DNA from: an uncultured Verrucomicrobiae bacterium | Lineage (GTDB): Bacteria; Verrucomicrobiota; Verrucomicrobiia; Limisphaerales; Palsa-1400 | NCBI GenBank assembly: GCA_963764165.1 | Contig: CAVXRD010000002.1 | Coordinates: 160,001 to 224,000 of the forward strand | Length of the DNA stretch: 64,000 nt | Direction of reading: 5' to 3' | Part shown: positions 50,216-60,783 of the stretch, in pieces | How the letters are laid out: each line of letters opens with the position of its first letter | Position numbering within the stretch: the first letter of the stretch is position 1 | The notes under the pieces: model-generated | Databases searched by the model: none | What the model saw: only the letters and a program-made list of their open reading frames with translations | What the model was told of the DNA's origin: nothing | Translations under genes and position numbers: made by a program

Positions 50216-53200
50216 TTACGAGCAGCCAAGGCTCTCGCCGCAGTTCAGGCACTTGTAACACGCGCCATTGCGGACGGCCATGTGCCCGCAATTCGGGCAG
50301 GTCGGCGCGTCCATTTGGAAATGCGCCACGCTGTCGTTCAAGCTCGTCACCACGCGATGCGGCTCGTGCTTGGCGGCTCCGTTTCCTGAGCCGTTTCCAT
50401 TGCCATTGCCGATGCGAGCGGTCGCGTGGACAATGATTTCCGTGTCGTCCGACAGCGGAAGATCAGAAACCGGACGGTTTACTTTTTTTTTAATTTCCTC
50501 GGCCAGTCCAGGCATCGCCAAATCCGGCTGGTTCCGCGCCCGCTGCATTGTCTCCCGGTAATCCGGGATGAACTGCAGCGCCAGCCAGCGGAACACGTAG
50601 TCAATAATAGAAGACGCGTTGCGGATTTCCGGATTCTTCGTGAAGCCCGAAGGCTCGAAGCGCTGGTGCGCGAATTTCTTCATCAGCGCCTCCAGCGGCA
50701 CGCCGTATTGCAGGGCCAGGCTTGTCAGCGTCCCCACGCAATCCATCAATCCGCCAATCGTCGAACCCTCCTTGGCCATCGTGATAAAAAGCTCGCCGGG
50801 CTGCTGGTTCTCGAACAGCCCGACTGTCAAGTATCCTTCGTGCCCCGCGATGTCGAACTTGTGCGTGATCGCCGTGCGGGTGTCAGGCAAACGGCGGCGC
50901 AGCGGCTGGCCGGTTTGCGCGCGCAGCTTCGCCACTTCCGCTTCCAGTTCCTTCACGCGATCATCCACCGCCGGCGGATTTTCGCCTGACTCGTTTGTCT
51001 TGCGCGTGTTCAGCGGCTGCGAACGCTTCGATCCGTCACGGTAGATAGCCACGCACTTCAAGCCCATCTTCCACGCCTGGACATAAGCATCCTTGATGTC
51101 CTCCACTGAGCATTCGTTCGGGAGGTTGACCGTCTTGGAAATCGCGCCGCTGATGAACGGCTGCGTCGCGCCCATCATTTTCAGGTGCGCCATGTAGCTG
51201 ATGCTCCGCTTGCCGCGATACGCCTTGAACGCGCAATCGAACACCGGCAAATGCTCGGGCTTCAACCCGCTCCGGATCGTCACGCCTTCTTCGGTAAAAT
51301 CTTCAATCGTGTCAAATTTCTCGACGTGCGCGGCCATGGCGGCAATTTCCTTCTCGGCGTAACCGAGGCGCCGCAACGCATCCTGCACCCCGCGATTGAC
51401 GATCTTCAGCATGCCGCCGCCAGCCAATAGTTTATACTTGACCAACGCTATATCCGGCTCAACCCCCGTCGTGTCGCAATCCATCAGGAAGGCAATCGTG
51501 CCGGTCGGCGCCAGCACCGTGACTTGCGCGTTGCGGTAGCCAGATTGTTTGCCGCGGGCCAAGGCGCGATCCCAGCAATGCCGCGCTTCTTCCTTCAAAT
51601 AGGCGAACTCGCTGCTCGGATGAATGTTCTCCACTTCATCGCGATGCTGCTGGATGACGCCGAGCATGGAATCCACGTTGTCACGGCCCAGCGGTTTGGG
51701 AACATGCGCGCAACGCGCGTCCTTATATCCCGCAAACGGCCCCATCACCGACGCCACATCCGCCGATTGCTCGTAAGCGTGGCCGGTCATGATCGCGGTC
51801 ACCGCTCCCGCCAGGGCGCGTCCTTCGTCGGAGTCATACGGCAAGCCGTAGCTCATAATGAGCGAGCCGAGATTGGCGAAGCCAAGTCCCAGCGTGCGGA
51901 AGATGTGCGAGTTCTCCGCAATCTCCGCCGTCGGATAACTGGCGTTGTCAACAAGAATCTCTTGCGCAGTGATGTAAACCCGCACCGCCGCCTTGAAACG
52001 CTCGATGTCGAAGACCCCATCTTCGCGCTTGAACTTCATCAGGTTCAGCGAAGCCAGATTGCAAGCCGTGTTGTTGAGGAAAACGTATTCCGAGCATGGA
52101 TTCGTCGAGTGGATCGGCTCGGTCGCTTTGCAGGTGTGCCACTTCTGAATCGCGCCGTCGTATTGCAAACCGGGATCGCCGCAAGTCCAGGTGCCTTCCG
52201 CGATCTTGTGCAGCAATTTCGACGCTTCCTTCTTTTGCAGCGGCTGGCCGCTGACCTTGCGCGTCCACCATTCCTTGTTATCCAGCGCCGCCTGCATGAA
52301 TTCGTCACTCACGCGCACCGACAAATTTTCGTTCTGGTACATGACGCTGCCGTAAGCGTCGCCATTGTAAGAGCCGTCGTAACCCTGTTCGATCAAAGCC
52401 CAGGCCTTCATTTCCTCCTTCTGCTTGGCATCGATGAATTCCTCGATGTCGCCATGCCAGTCGCGCAAGGTGTTCATCTTGGCCGCGCGACGGGTCTTGC
52501 CGCCGCTCTTTACCACGTTGGCGACTTGATCGTAAACTTTCAGGAATGACATAGGCCCGCTCGGCCGTCCGCCGCCGCTGAGCTTCTCGCGGCTGGAACG
52601 AATCGGGCTCAAGTCCGTTCCCGTGCCGGAGCCGTATTTGAACAGCATCGCCTCGCTGTAAGCCAGATGCATGATGCTCTCCATATTGTCATCCACCGAT
52701 TGGATGAAGCACGCGCTGCCCTGTGGATATTCATATTGGGTGCGGGCGCGTTCTGTCTTTTCGGTCTGGCGATTGAAAAACCAATTGCCGCGGGCCGAAT
52801 CTTTGCCCACGCCATATTGGGTATACAAGCCGACGTTGAACCAAACCGGCGAATTGAACGCGCCATATTGATTCACGCACAGCCAAACCAATTCATCGTA
52901 AAAAACTTCGCCCTTGGCCGCGTCAAAATAGCCATCGCGAACGCCCCAATCGGCAATCGTCCGGCAAACGCGGTGAATCAATTGGCGGACGGACGTCTCG
53001 CGCTCCCCGGTATTCTGCTCGCCATAAAAGTATTTGGAAACGACGACTTTGGTCGCCAAAAGAGACCACGATTTCGGCACCTCAACATTTTCCTGCTTGA
53101 AAATGACTTTGCCACCATCATCAGTGATTTCGGCCGTGCGTTTGTCCCATTCGATTTGGTCGAAGGGCTTGACCTTGGCATCGCTGAAAACGCGGTCAAT

Positions 53201-53320
53201 GGCGACCGACTTGGATTGGGAGGTGGACTGACCTAGCCGAGACCGCCCTTTGGCCGGCTTAGACGAAAGGCGGCGGGAGGTTGCGGGTGCGGGAGAGAGG
53301 TGGTCACGAGCATCAATCAT
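50216..53320 (-). CDS. nrdJ: Class II (adenosylcobalamin-dependent) ribonucleotide reductase
   Basis: FNSPVWFN, SACFI, TNPCSEY, APTGTI, SGAISKTVN, YRDGSK, TSCPD-like domain and C-terminal CPNC/CLNC. Confidence 0.95.
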   Translation of the reverse strand: MIDARDHLSPAPATSRRLSSKPAKGRSRLGQSTSQSKSVAIDRVFSDAKVKPFDQIEWDKRTAEITDDGGKVIFKQENVEVPKSWSLLATKVVVSKYFYGEQNTGERETSVRQLIHRVCRTIADWGVRDGYFDAAKGEVFYDELVWLCVNQYGAFNSPVWFNVGLYTQYGVGKDSARGNWFFNRQTEKTERARTQYEYPQGSACFIQSVDDNMESIMHLAYSEAMLFKYGSGTGTDLSPIRSSREKLSGGGRPSGPMSFLKVYDQVANVVKSGGKTRRAAKMNTLRDWHGDIEEFIDAKQKEEMKAWALIEQGYDGSYNGDAYGSVMYQNENLSVRVSDEFMQAALDNKEWWTRKVSGQPLQKKEASKLLHKIAEGTWTCGDPGLQYDGAIQKWHTCKATEPIHSTNPCSEYVFLNNTACNLASLNLMKFKREDGVFDIERFKAAVRVYITAQEILVDNASYPTAEIAENSHIFRTLGLGFANLGSLIMSYGLPYDSDEGRALAGAVTAIMTGHAYEQSADVASVMGPFAGYKDARCAHVPKPLGRDNVDSMLGVIQQHRDEVENIHPSSEFAYLKEEARHCWDRALARGKQSGYRNAQVTVLAPTGTIAFLMDCDTTGVEPDIALVKYKLLAGGGMLKIVNRGVQDALRRLGYAEKEIAAMAAHVEKFDTIEDFTEEGVTIRSGLKPEHLPVFDCAFKAYRGKRSISYMAHLKMMGATQPFISGAISKTVNLPNECSVEDIKDAYVQAWKMGLKCVAIYRDGSKRSQPLNTRKTNESGENPPAVDDRVKELEAEVAKLRAQTGQPLRRRLPDTRTAITHKFDIAGHEGYLTVGLFENQQPGELFITMAKEGSTIGGLMDCVGTLTSLALQYGVPLEALMKKFAHQRFEPSGFTKNPEIRNASSIIDYVFRWLALQFIPDYRETMQRARNQPDLAMPGLAEEIKKKVNRPVSDLPLSDDTEIIVHATARIGNGNGNGSGNGAAKHEPHRVVTSLNDSVAHFQMDAPTCPNCGHMAVRNGACYKCLNCGESLGCS

Positions 53321-53434
53321 GGCGGGTCCTTATCGTAGATTGTTCAGTTTAAATATATACCAAAAAGTCGACCGATTCACGCCCTGAGAGTCCGTTAAAT
53401 CAGAGCAATTGGCCAACTCGTCAACAAGCAGTGG

Positions 53435-53482
53435 CCCCATTTAGTTGTGAGTCCTTGGGCAGTGTAGCCCCATATATGGTGG
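53435..53482. promoter_or_regulatory. Tandem NrdR boxes upstream of nrdJ
   Basis: GCCCCATATATGGTGG (53467-53482) and a weaker CCCCATTTAGTTGTGA (53435-53450), 32 bp apart. Confidence 0.75.
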
Positions 53483-53582
53483 TGGCAAGCATTTTTTGAA
53501 AAAACTTACTAAAAATTTGTTCCCCACTAATTCGCCGGTTATTCGCATCATTATTCACCCTCCTTTTTCCCCTGGGGCGAGC

Positions 53583-53889
53583 TTTGCCTGAAACCAGTTT
53601 TGGAGGGTGCAAACTGGGTGCTGAAAACGGTAGGTGCAAGAGGGTGCAATAGAGTGCAACAGTTCTTTCCGGCGAAACCCGGTTGCATCGGATCCCGGAG
53701 AATTGAGGCAGGAGACCGCCTGACCGCAGTTCCACGTTCATCATCCATATTTATATGCATCTTCATATTCCCGGAGCACAGCGTGGCACATCCAACGCCA
53801 AACAGAAAACCTACGGGAGGTTTTTCGGCCCGGTTTTTGCCGAAAAATTGGGGGAAATTGAATCTGGAACAACCGAACTTAGGAAAAGA
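53583..53889. repeat. ~307-bp non-coding module homologous to 9968-10254
   Basis: Six colinear conserved blocks. Confidence 0.7.
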
Positions 53890-54047
53890 GGCCAGGGTCG
53901 TTATTCGGGCGACGGCCGTCAGTTGGATTGCGGAAAAGAAAGAATGTTTAACGGCGAATCAGGATTACCGATGCGCATGAAATCGGCTTGAGTCTCCTTT
54001 CCTGAGTTCGAGCGTTCCAGATTATATAATATATAATCTCAAAAAAC

Positions 54048-54129
54048 CCGCTACATCCGCTACATCGTTGATCATCAACCAGATAAACCGCTACATTGGC
54101 CGCTACATGTCCGCTACAAAGCCGCTACA
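54048..54129. repeat. Six direct CCGCTACA repeats (iteron-like)
   Basis: Starts at 54048, 54057, 54088, 54100, 54111, 54122. Confidence 0.85.
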
Positions 54130-54270
54130 TTTCCTCAAGGGGGTCGACTTTGCCTGTTACCAGAGGAAAAGAACGCCTGAAAGCCGCGAGAGGGCAGGAC
54201 GCCAACTCCCAACCTCGCGCGCTGAGGTTTGAAAAACGCATGAAAAGCCCGATTGGCCGACTGCTTCTTG

Positions 54271-54421
54271 TCCCCTCCCCCCGCCCAGCGGGGATAGGGT
54301 TAGGGAGAGGGGGAACTAGCAAACGACTTGATCCCGGCAATCGCGATTACAAATAGACTCGAGAAAACTATTCTTGGGCGCCTCTCTCTCCGGCTCTATC
54401 CCCGCAGGCGGGGCGAGAGGG
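54271..54421. repeat. CCCTCTCCC/GGGAGAGGG-type REP-like hairpins
   Basis: CCCCTCCCCCCGCCCAGCGGGGATAGGGTTAGGGAGAGGGG and CCTCTCTCTCC...CCCCGCAGGCGGGGCGAGAGGG. Confidence 0.55.
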
Positions 54422-54624
54422 TGGGACGCCAATTCTAATATCCGTGGCCTTGGGAGGTTTTGCAGGCAAAAGAACAGCGGTTGTCAAAATAGGAGGTGGT
54501 CAGACAGAATTCTTCATCAGGCGCTGCCCCTCAGCGCCCTAGTTGCGGCATCGTTGGCAGAAACGGCAAAAAAGGCTTTCCCAGCCCCTTTCAGAGGCAT
54601 CTTCAATCCCCCCACCACCCAAGA

Positions 54625-54653
54625 TTGACCAGCCTGTCGGCTTATGGTATTAC
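54625..54653 (+). promoter_or_regulatory. Sigma-70-like promoter of the TA pair, probably leaderless
   Basis: TTGACC-N17-TATTAC with TGn extension, 8 bp before ATG 54662; TGGTATTAC/TGGTATGAC direct repeat overlaps it. Confidence 0.45.
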
Positions 54654-54661
54654 CTTTTGGT

Positions 54662-54928
54662 ATGACGCATGCGACTATTGTGAGCGTAAAGATTCCGGCG
54701 CGGATTTTAGAACAGATTCCGCCCGCAGGACACGGACGAAGCGGCTTTATCGTGCAGGCGATTCAGGAAAAGATAGCCAAGCGCAAACCGGTGCCATGGA
54801 AACCGAAAACAGAACGCGGGCGCCGAATGGAAGCCCTGCTTAAAAAAGGGCAAGTCGAACGCGGGCCGCTGCTTTCTGACGCGCAGGCAGAGCAGGAATT
54901 GAAGGAACGCCGGGGGCGAAGTTTTTGA
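54662..54928 (+). CDS. Putative RHH-type antitoxin (VapB-like)
   Basis: IVSVKIP..ILEQI...RSGFIVQAIQEK RHH pattern; overlaps the PIN gene by 4 bp. Confidence 0.75.
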   Translation: MTHATIVSVKIPARILEQIPPAGHGRSGFIVQAIQEKIAKRKPVPWKPKTERGRRMEALLKKGQVERGPLLSDAQAEQELKERRGRSF

Positions 54929-55332
54929 AAACATTCTTGGACAGCGGCGTCTTGCTGCATGCCTGGCGCGGGGAAACGCTGTCAGGTGCCGCCATGAGCA
55001 TCATGGATGATGACAGTCGCGAGTTTTTCACGTCCCAACTGGTCCGGTTGGAACTTCTGCCCAAGCCGCGTTTTGAAAAACGGCCAAGAGAGGTGGCTTT
55101 TTATGAGTGGCACTTTGCAGATTGCGCAGGTTGCCAAGCCTTAAGCCAGGAGCTTGGATTAGAGGCTGAAAATCTTGCCGCCCGGCACGGTTTGGCCGGG
55201 CCGGATGCGCTGCAGATTGCCGCCGCCATTCGCCAAGGCGTGGAAGAGTTTTATACTTCCGAAAAGCCCGGCAAGCCCATGTTCCGGGTGAAGGAAATCA
55301 GGGTTGTTTCGTTGTATTCACTCTTGGATTGA
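54925..55332 (+). CDS. PIN domain toxin (VapC-like)
   Basis: TFLDSGVL, LELL, DALQIAAA, FYTSE. Confidence 0.85.
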   Translation: MKTFLDSGVLLHAWRGETLSGAAMSIMDDDSREFFTSQLVRLELLPKPRFEKRPREVAFYEWHFADCAGCQALSQELGLEAENLAARHGLAGPDALQIAAAIRQGVEEFYTSEKPGKPMFRVKEIRVVSLYSLLD

Positions 55333-55430
55333 ATATAGGCGCCTCACAATGTTGGGCGACCCTTTTTTTGGCCACAGATGAACACCGATCAACACAGGTT
55401 TTCTGATAATCGCTGTTTGACAGCATTATT

Positions 55431-56228
55431 TTGACAACGCAAGTTCTCGCTGTGAAAAAGCCAATGTGTTTGCTTGTTGCGGCTGCGCTCGCCGGGCTGG
55501 CATGCGCGTGCCATACGATCCAAACGCGCCTGCTAAGATACCAAGTTCGGCACATGACCCTGCCAAGCGAACAGCTCACCAACATGGATTACCTGGTCCA
55601 GTTGCCCAATGGCTACGAACAAGACACCAGTCGCTCGTGGCCACTGGTGTTTTACCTGCACGGGATCGGGGATGGCCAGAATTTCACCAAGGTTCTTCAC
55701 TTCGGCCCGCCGCATCTCGTTGATGAAGGAAAAGACTTGCCATGCATCGTCGTGAGCCCGCGGCTGCCAGCGGGCCATTTCTGGTTTCATGAATCGAGAA
55801 TGTTGTTTGCCATCCTGGACGAGGTGATCAGAAGCAATCGGGTGGACAAAACACGAATATGCGTGACTGGGAATTCGTTGGGTGGATTTGGGGCCATTGC
55901 CCTGGCCGCGCTTGAGCCCGAGCGATTTGCGTCACTGGTTCCGATTTGCGGGGGCGTTGATTATCTTGACAGCATGCGGCTGCGCGATGTTCCCATTTGG
56001 GCGTTCCACGGCGAAAAGGATCCTATAATTCCGGTTGAGGAGTCCCGGCGGCTAGTCAGGCTGGTCAACGAGATTGGCGGGCACGCGAAGCTCACCACCT
56101 ACCCAGGCGTGGGTCATCATTCCTGGGAGCGCGCCTACGAAGACCCTGAGTTATGGCAATGGATTCTCGCGCAAAAGAAAGAGCCGCGAGATGGAAAAAT
56201 ACGCATTAACCTAACCGGGTGCGATTAA
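55431..56228 (+). CDS. Alpha/beta hydrolase (phospholipase/carboxylesterase-like peptidase)
   Basis: WPLVFYLHG, TGNSLGGFG nucleophile, WAFHGEKD, GHHSW; start may be 55464. Confidence 0.85.
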   Translation: MTTQVLAVKKPMCLLVAAALAGLACACHTIQTRLLRYQVRHMTLPSEQLTNMDYLVQLPNGYEQDTSRSWPLVFYLHGIGDGQNFTKVLHFGPPHLVDEGKDLPCIVVSPRLPAGHFWFHESRMLFAILDEVIRSNRVDKTRICVTGNSLGGFGAIALAALEPERFASLVPICGGVDYLDSMRLRDVPIWAFHGEKDPIIPVEESRRLVRLVNEIGGHAKLTTYPGVGHHSWERAYEDPELWQWILAQKKEPRDGKIRINLTGCD

Positions 56229-56301
56229 CCATCGACGGCCTCCCTGCTTTTGGTGGGAATCGCTTGCCAATGGCGGGGGAGCGATTATTCTCTGGCGCAA
56301 C

Positions 56302-57633
56302 ATGAGCGTCCTCCGCAAAGCCACCCGCGCTTGGATTCCTTTGGCGGCCGTTCTATTTCTGTCCGCCCTTCCCCTGCCCGCGCAAGATGTTCAGGATTTG
56401 AAAAAGGAACTCGATCAATTGCGGGAGCAAAACCGGCTGCTGCAGGAGCAGTTGCAGCAGCAGCGGCAGATGATCGATCAATTGAATGCGAAATTTTCCG
56501 GCTTGCAGCAAAGCAACCAGCAGACACAAACCGAACTTCATTCCCTGCAGAGCGCTTCAGAAAATCCGCCCGCCCTGGAGAAGCCCGCCAAATTCTCGCT
56601 CGGCGGAGTGACCATCAGCGGGGAGGGCGCGGTGGGCGTCATCGAAGGCCAAAGGGCCACCCGCTATGACCAGGGTTCTCTCCTGCTGGATGAGGCGCGG
56701 CTGTTTTTCGATGCCCCCGTTTGGGGAGATGTTTATTTTTACAGCGAGGTCGATTTGCAGACGCGGGACAATTATGAAGCTGATTTCACGCTGGGCGAAA
56801 CGTATCTCGAATGGGATAACCTTGGAAAACTCTGGAAGAACGATCAAACCCTCAACGCGCGCCTGGGCCAATTTTACATTCCGTTTGGCGAGGAATACCA
56901 ATACCGATTCGCCATGGACGACGTTTTGATCACGCATTCCTTGAGCGACCTGTGGGGAGTCAACGGCGGCTTGGAACTTTTTGGCGCCTTCGCCCCTCTT
57001 AGCTATGTCGTCGCGGTGCAGAACGGCGGAATTTCCACGGTCGACACCGGCACGGCCGACAAGTCGGTGGCCGGGCGCATCGGTTATGACCCGCTGCCGT
57101 GGCTGCATTTGAGCGCCAGCGGAATGCGCACAGGGCATTTGAGCCCGACCGATGACGGGATCTCGGCGCAATGGTTCGGCGGGAATTTTTTCAGGCCGAT
57201 TGGCGGCGCGGCGACAACGGTTTTTCAGGCAAACTTGGCGGAGGCGGATGCGCAGGCTAAATGGAAAAGCGGTTATGTTCGACTGGCGGGTGGTTATGCC
57301 GATTACGACGACAACAATTCGTCGGCCGATGACCACCGGGACATCTATTACTATTACGTGGAAGTCCTGCAAGGATTGGCGCCCAAGTTTTACGGGGCGG
57401 CCCGCTGGAGCCAAATCCGCGCTCCGGCCGGCTATCCGCTCGCGGGCGATATTGAGGCCCGCCCCCCGCCTTCCACGACGGATTTATGGCGGCTGAGCCT
57501 GGGATTGGGCTACAGATTCAGCCCGCATTTGACGTTAAAAGTGGAATACGCGTTTGAAGAGGGCCAATGGACCGCGGGCGGCTCCCGCGGGGGCGAGAAT
57601 TTATTTGCGGCGGAAGTCGCGTTCAGATTTTAG
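56302..57633 (+). CDS. Outer-membrane beta-barrel (porin-like) with N-terminal coiled coil
   Basis: Signal peptide, Q-rich coil, GQFYIPFG, LKVEY, terminal AFRF. Confidence 0.8.
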   Translation: MSVLRKATRAWIPLAAVLFLSALPLPAQDVQDLKKELDQLREQNRLLQEQLQQQRQMIDQLNAKFSGLQQSNQQTQTELHSLQSASENPPALEKPAKFSLGGVTISGEGAVGVIEGQRATRYDQGSLLLDEARLFFDAPVWGDVYFYSEVDLQTRDNYEADFTLGETYLEWDNLGKLWKNDQTLNARLGQFYIPFGEEYQYRFAMDDVLITHSLSDLWGVNGGLELFGAFAPLSYVVAVQNGGISTVDTGTADKSVAGRIGYDPLPWLHLSASGMRTGHLSPTDDGISAQWFGGNFFRPIGGAATTVFQANLAEADAQAKWKSGYVRLAGGYADYDDNNSSADDHRDIYYYYVEVLQGLAPKFYGAARWSQIRAPAGYPLAGDIEARPPPSTTDLWRLSLGLGYRFSPHLTLKVEYAFEEGQWTAGGSRGGENLFAAEVAFRF

Positions 57634-57638
57634 CATTT

Positions 57639-58326
57639 ATGAAGAGAGTCTTGCGCATGGCGGCGTTGGCGATGGCGATGGCTGCTGTGTCGGCATCACG
57701 GGGCGGTTCCATTTCCGGCACCGTTCGGGCTGAAGGCAAACCGGGGACGGATGAGGTACTCGTCGGCGGGCGCTTATTCCAGCAAAGCTCTCAAGAACGC
57801 GGAGCGCATCGACTACGAGGAGATGCACGACTTCATCGTCTACATTGAGGGGCCGGTGCCAGGGGCGAAACTTCTTCGCCCAAACGAAAAAATTGTCCAG
57901 AAGAATGCCACTTTTGTGCCACACTTGCTTCCGATCATGGTCGGAACCACGGTCGAATTTCCCAATGACGACAATATTTTCCACAACGTCTTCTCCAAGT
58001 CCGACGCCATGCCGTTCGACCTGGGACTTTACAAAAAAGGCGAGGCCGATCATTCGGTGACGTTCACCAACGTGGGCCAGGTGGATGTGTTCTGCTCGAT
58101 TCACGCGCGGATGAATTGCGTCATTCTTGTGCGTGACAATCCCTACTTTGCGGTGACTGATGGGCGCGGACGCTACACGATCCCGGATGTTCCGCCGGGA
58201 ACTTACAAGCTGGTGGCGTGGCAGGAGCGGCTTCCGAAGGATGTCAAACAAATCACGGTGCCCGAGTCCGGCCCGCCGGTCGTGGCGATGTTCACGCTGG
58301 GGCCCAAAAATCTGCCCAAATACTGA
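57639..58326 (+). pseudogene. Secreted cupredoxin-like/carboxypeptidase-regulatory-like protein with +1 frameshift near 57755-57772
   Basis: Signal peptide and GSISGTV in one frame; FPNDD.IFHNVFS, FCSIHARM, VPPGTYKL in another. Confidence 0.75.
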
Positions 58327-58359
58327 CGGCCCTTCCGCACTGTCGCTGGCTTCGCCGGA

Positions 58360-60612
58360 GTGAATCTAAAATTTCAAAGCAAAGTATTGATCCCCGTGGT
58401 GACGGTGATGGTGCTGTTTCTGGCTGGCACGATGTGGCTGGTCAATAACCGCATTCAAAAGCAGCTCGAAACAGAGCATCAACTGGACCTTCGCAATACG
58501 GTTTCGCTGTTTTCGACCAATTTCGCGCGGCGCACGGAGAATTTGAACCGCCAATACACCACGATTGCCAACCGCCAGGAACTCATTGCGCTGGCGGATA
58601 AATTCACCGTCCCCGACGACGACCCCGAAACGTCGCGCCGGACCATGCAGAGCTATTTCGATGACCAGCAATTTCCCGCGGGATCGGTCGTCATCTTTGT
58701 CGGCCCGACGAATCAATGGCTGGCTGGCACAACCAATGCCGCTTTTACCAACGCCAGCGCTGCGCTGGTCAAGGACGCGCTGGAAACCCGCGCCGCACAG
58801 GGCCGCATGGTGCAGGTGAATGATTCCCTGCTGGATGTCATCGCGATTCCGACCATCCGAGCCGACGACAACAGCCTGCTGGGGGCGTTGGTGGTCGGTT
58901 TCGCCATGGATGACGCCACCGCGCAGCAGCTCAAATCCCCGGAAAGCCAGATCGTTTTCATAGCTCACGATCGCATTGTCGCAAGCACGCTGAGCGACAA
59001 GGGGCTGAATCCCTCCCTGCTCCGCGAATACCATTCGCGGCTGGAGAATCGCTCCGAGGAAGCGACCTTCATATTGCAAAACGACCATTACGCCGCCCTG
59101 GCCGGGCATTTTCCTGATTTGCGAAATGACGCCGACGCCGGCTACCTGCTTCTCTCCTCCTACGAGCAATCGTGGCGGGAGTTCCAGCAAACACAGCATG
59201 TCCTGATTTTCTTCAGCCTGGCCGCCCTCGCGGCTGGCGCGGTGATTGTCTATTTGCTTGTCAGCCGCGTGACAGAGCCATTGCGCCTCTTGCGCGACAG
59301 CGCGGAGGCTGTCGGACGCGGCGATTTCTCGCGCCGCATCGACATTCATTCAAAGGACGAATTGGGCGAGCTGGCCGCTGTCTTCAACCAAATGACCGGC
59401 AACTTGCAGAAATCGCTCGCGCAATTGGAGAAGACCGTCGAAATCCTCCGCGCGACCCAGGCGCAATTGAGCCATTCGGAGAAATTGTCGGCCGTCGGCG
59501 AATTCGTGGCGGGCGTTGCGCACGAATTGAACAATCCCCTCACCGCGTTGATCGGCTATTCCGAACTGCTGCAAATGGGCAGCGTGAATGAGGAACAGCG
59601 CGATTCGCTCCAGCGCATCAGCAGCAGCGCCGAGCGCTGCCACAAAATCGTGCAAAGCTTGTTGAGTTTCGCCCGGCAGCATCCGCCGGAGCGCAAGCTG
59701 GCCAGTGTCAACACGCTGGTGGATGGCGTCATCGAGATCCTCATATACGAATTGCGCACGAACAATATCCGGGTGGAGAAGAATCTGTCGCCAACGCTGC
59801 CTCGATTGCTGCTGGACCCGCACCAGGTTCAGCAGGTGTTTCTGAACATCGTCAATAACGCCCGCCAGGCGATTGAGGCGCACCGGGCCAGCGGCCTCAT
59901 TCGCATCACCACCATCGCGACCGGACAAAAGGTGCGCATTATCTTTGAGGACGATGGGCCGGGCATTTCCGAGGAAAATCTGGCGAAAATTTTCAATCCA
60001 TTTTTCACCACCAAGCCTGTCGGAAAAGGAACCGGGCTGGGGTTAAGCCTGTCCTACGGGATCATCCAGGAGCATGGCGGCACCATCACGGCGGCCAGCA
60101 AACCAGGTGTCGGCACCACCTTCGTGATTGAATTGCCAATCACCAACCAACCGGAAACTGGCGCCGCTGAGGCCGCCTCCGCCGCCCGCCCGGAATTTGG
60201 CCAGGGCCACGGCCGCAAAGTTTTGATTGTTGACGATGAGGCGGACATTTTGGATTTGGTGGGCAAAATTCTGCGTCCGCAAGGATACTCGGTGCAAACG
60301 GCGCCGGAAGGCGAAGCAGCGCTGCGCGAACTGGCCGGCGCCAAATTCGATCTGATCGTTTCCGACTGGAAAATGCCCGGCGTCAACGGCCAGCAACTGT
60401 ATCTGCGCCTGCTCGAGCGCGACCCTGAAGCCGCCCGCCGAATGGTATTCATGACTGGCGATGTGCTGAGCGAAAAAACGGAGAAGTTCCTCAGCGAGCA
60501 CAAAAAAATCTGCCTGCCGAAGCCATTCTCCATCCACGACTTTCAAAAGGTCGTCAACGAAATGTTCCGCCAATCTGGGCAGCCACAGATGGACACAGAT
60601 CAACACAGATAA
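58360..60612 (+). CDS. Hybrid histidine kinase (periplasmic sensor, HAMP, HisKA, HATPase, REC)
   Basis: Two TMs, [37 protein letters not shown]. Confidence 0.92.
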   Translation: MNLKFQSKVLIPVVTVMVLFLAGTMWLVNNRIQKQLETEHQLDLRNTVSLFSTNFARRTENLNRQYTTIANRQELIALADKFTVPDDDPETSRRTMQSYFDDQQFPAGSVVIFVGPTNQWLAGTTNAAFTNASAALVKDALETRAAQGRMVQVNDSLLDVIAIPTIRADDNSLLGALVVGFAMDDATAQQLKSPESQIVFIAHDRIVASTLSDKGLNPSLLREYHSRLENRSEEATFILQNDHYAALAGHFPDLRNDADAGYLLLSSYEQSWREFQQTQHVLIFFSLAALAAGAVIVYLLVSRVTEPLRLLRDSAEAVGRGDFSRRIDIHSKDELGELAAVFNQMTGNLQKSLAQLEKTVEILRATQAQLSHSEKLSAVGEFVAGVAHELNNPLTALIGYSELLQMGSVNEEQRDSLQRISSSAERCHKIVQSLLSFARQHPPERKLASVNTLVDGVIEILIYELRTNNIRVEKNLSPTLPRLLLDPHQVQQVFLNIVNNARQAIEAHRASGLIRITTIATGQKVRIIFEDDGPGISEENLAKIFNPFFTTKPVGKGTGLGLSLSYGIIQEHGGTITAASKPGVGTTFVIELPITNQPETGAAEAASAARPEFGQGHGRKVLIVDDEADILDLVGKILRPQGYSVQTAPEGEAALRELAGAKFDLIVSDWKMPGVNGQQLYLRLLERDPEAARRMVFMTGDVLSEKTEKFLSEHKKICLPKPFSIHDFQKVVNEMFRQSGQPQMDTDQHR
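60582..60612. repeat. CACAGAT-type repeat arm overlapping the kinase stop codon
   Basis: GCCACAGATGGACACAGATCAACACAGATAA; similar arms at 19742, 55371, 62610, 63785. Confidence 0.75.
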
Positions 60613-60783
60613 GAAAAGCCAACAGAAGGTGGCAAGGGAAACGAAGGAGGGCGAACTCTACCGGGCCACAGGGCAGACGCATCTTAATTCCGAGGTAGGG
60701 ACGCCTCGCCGAGGCGTCCGGTTGCGCGTGAAAATGCTTCTGGCGTTGTGCGTGAATAACGCCTCACCACGGACGCCTCGGCG

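Noticed and set aside
53321..53580. Cobalamin riboswitch upstream of nrdJ
   Set aside because: No recognisable B12-box core on the minus strand by eye; an Rfam scan would settle it.
54048..54129. CRISPR array
   Set aside because: Units are 8 bp with mostly 1-4 bp gaps, there are no spacer-sized unique sequences and no cas genes.
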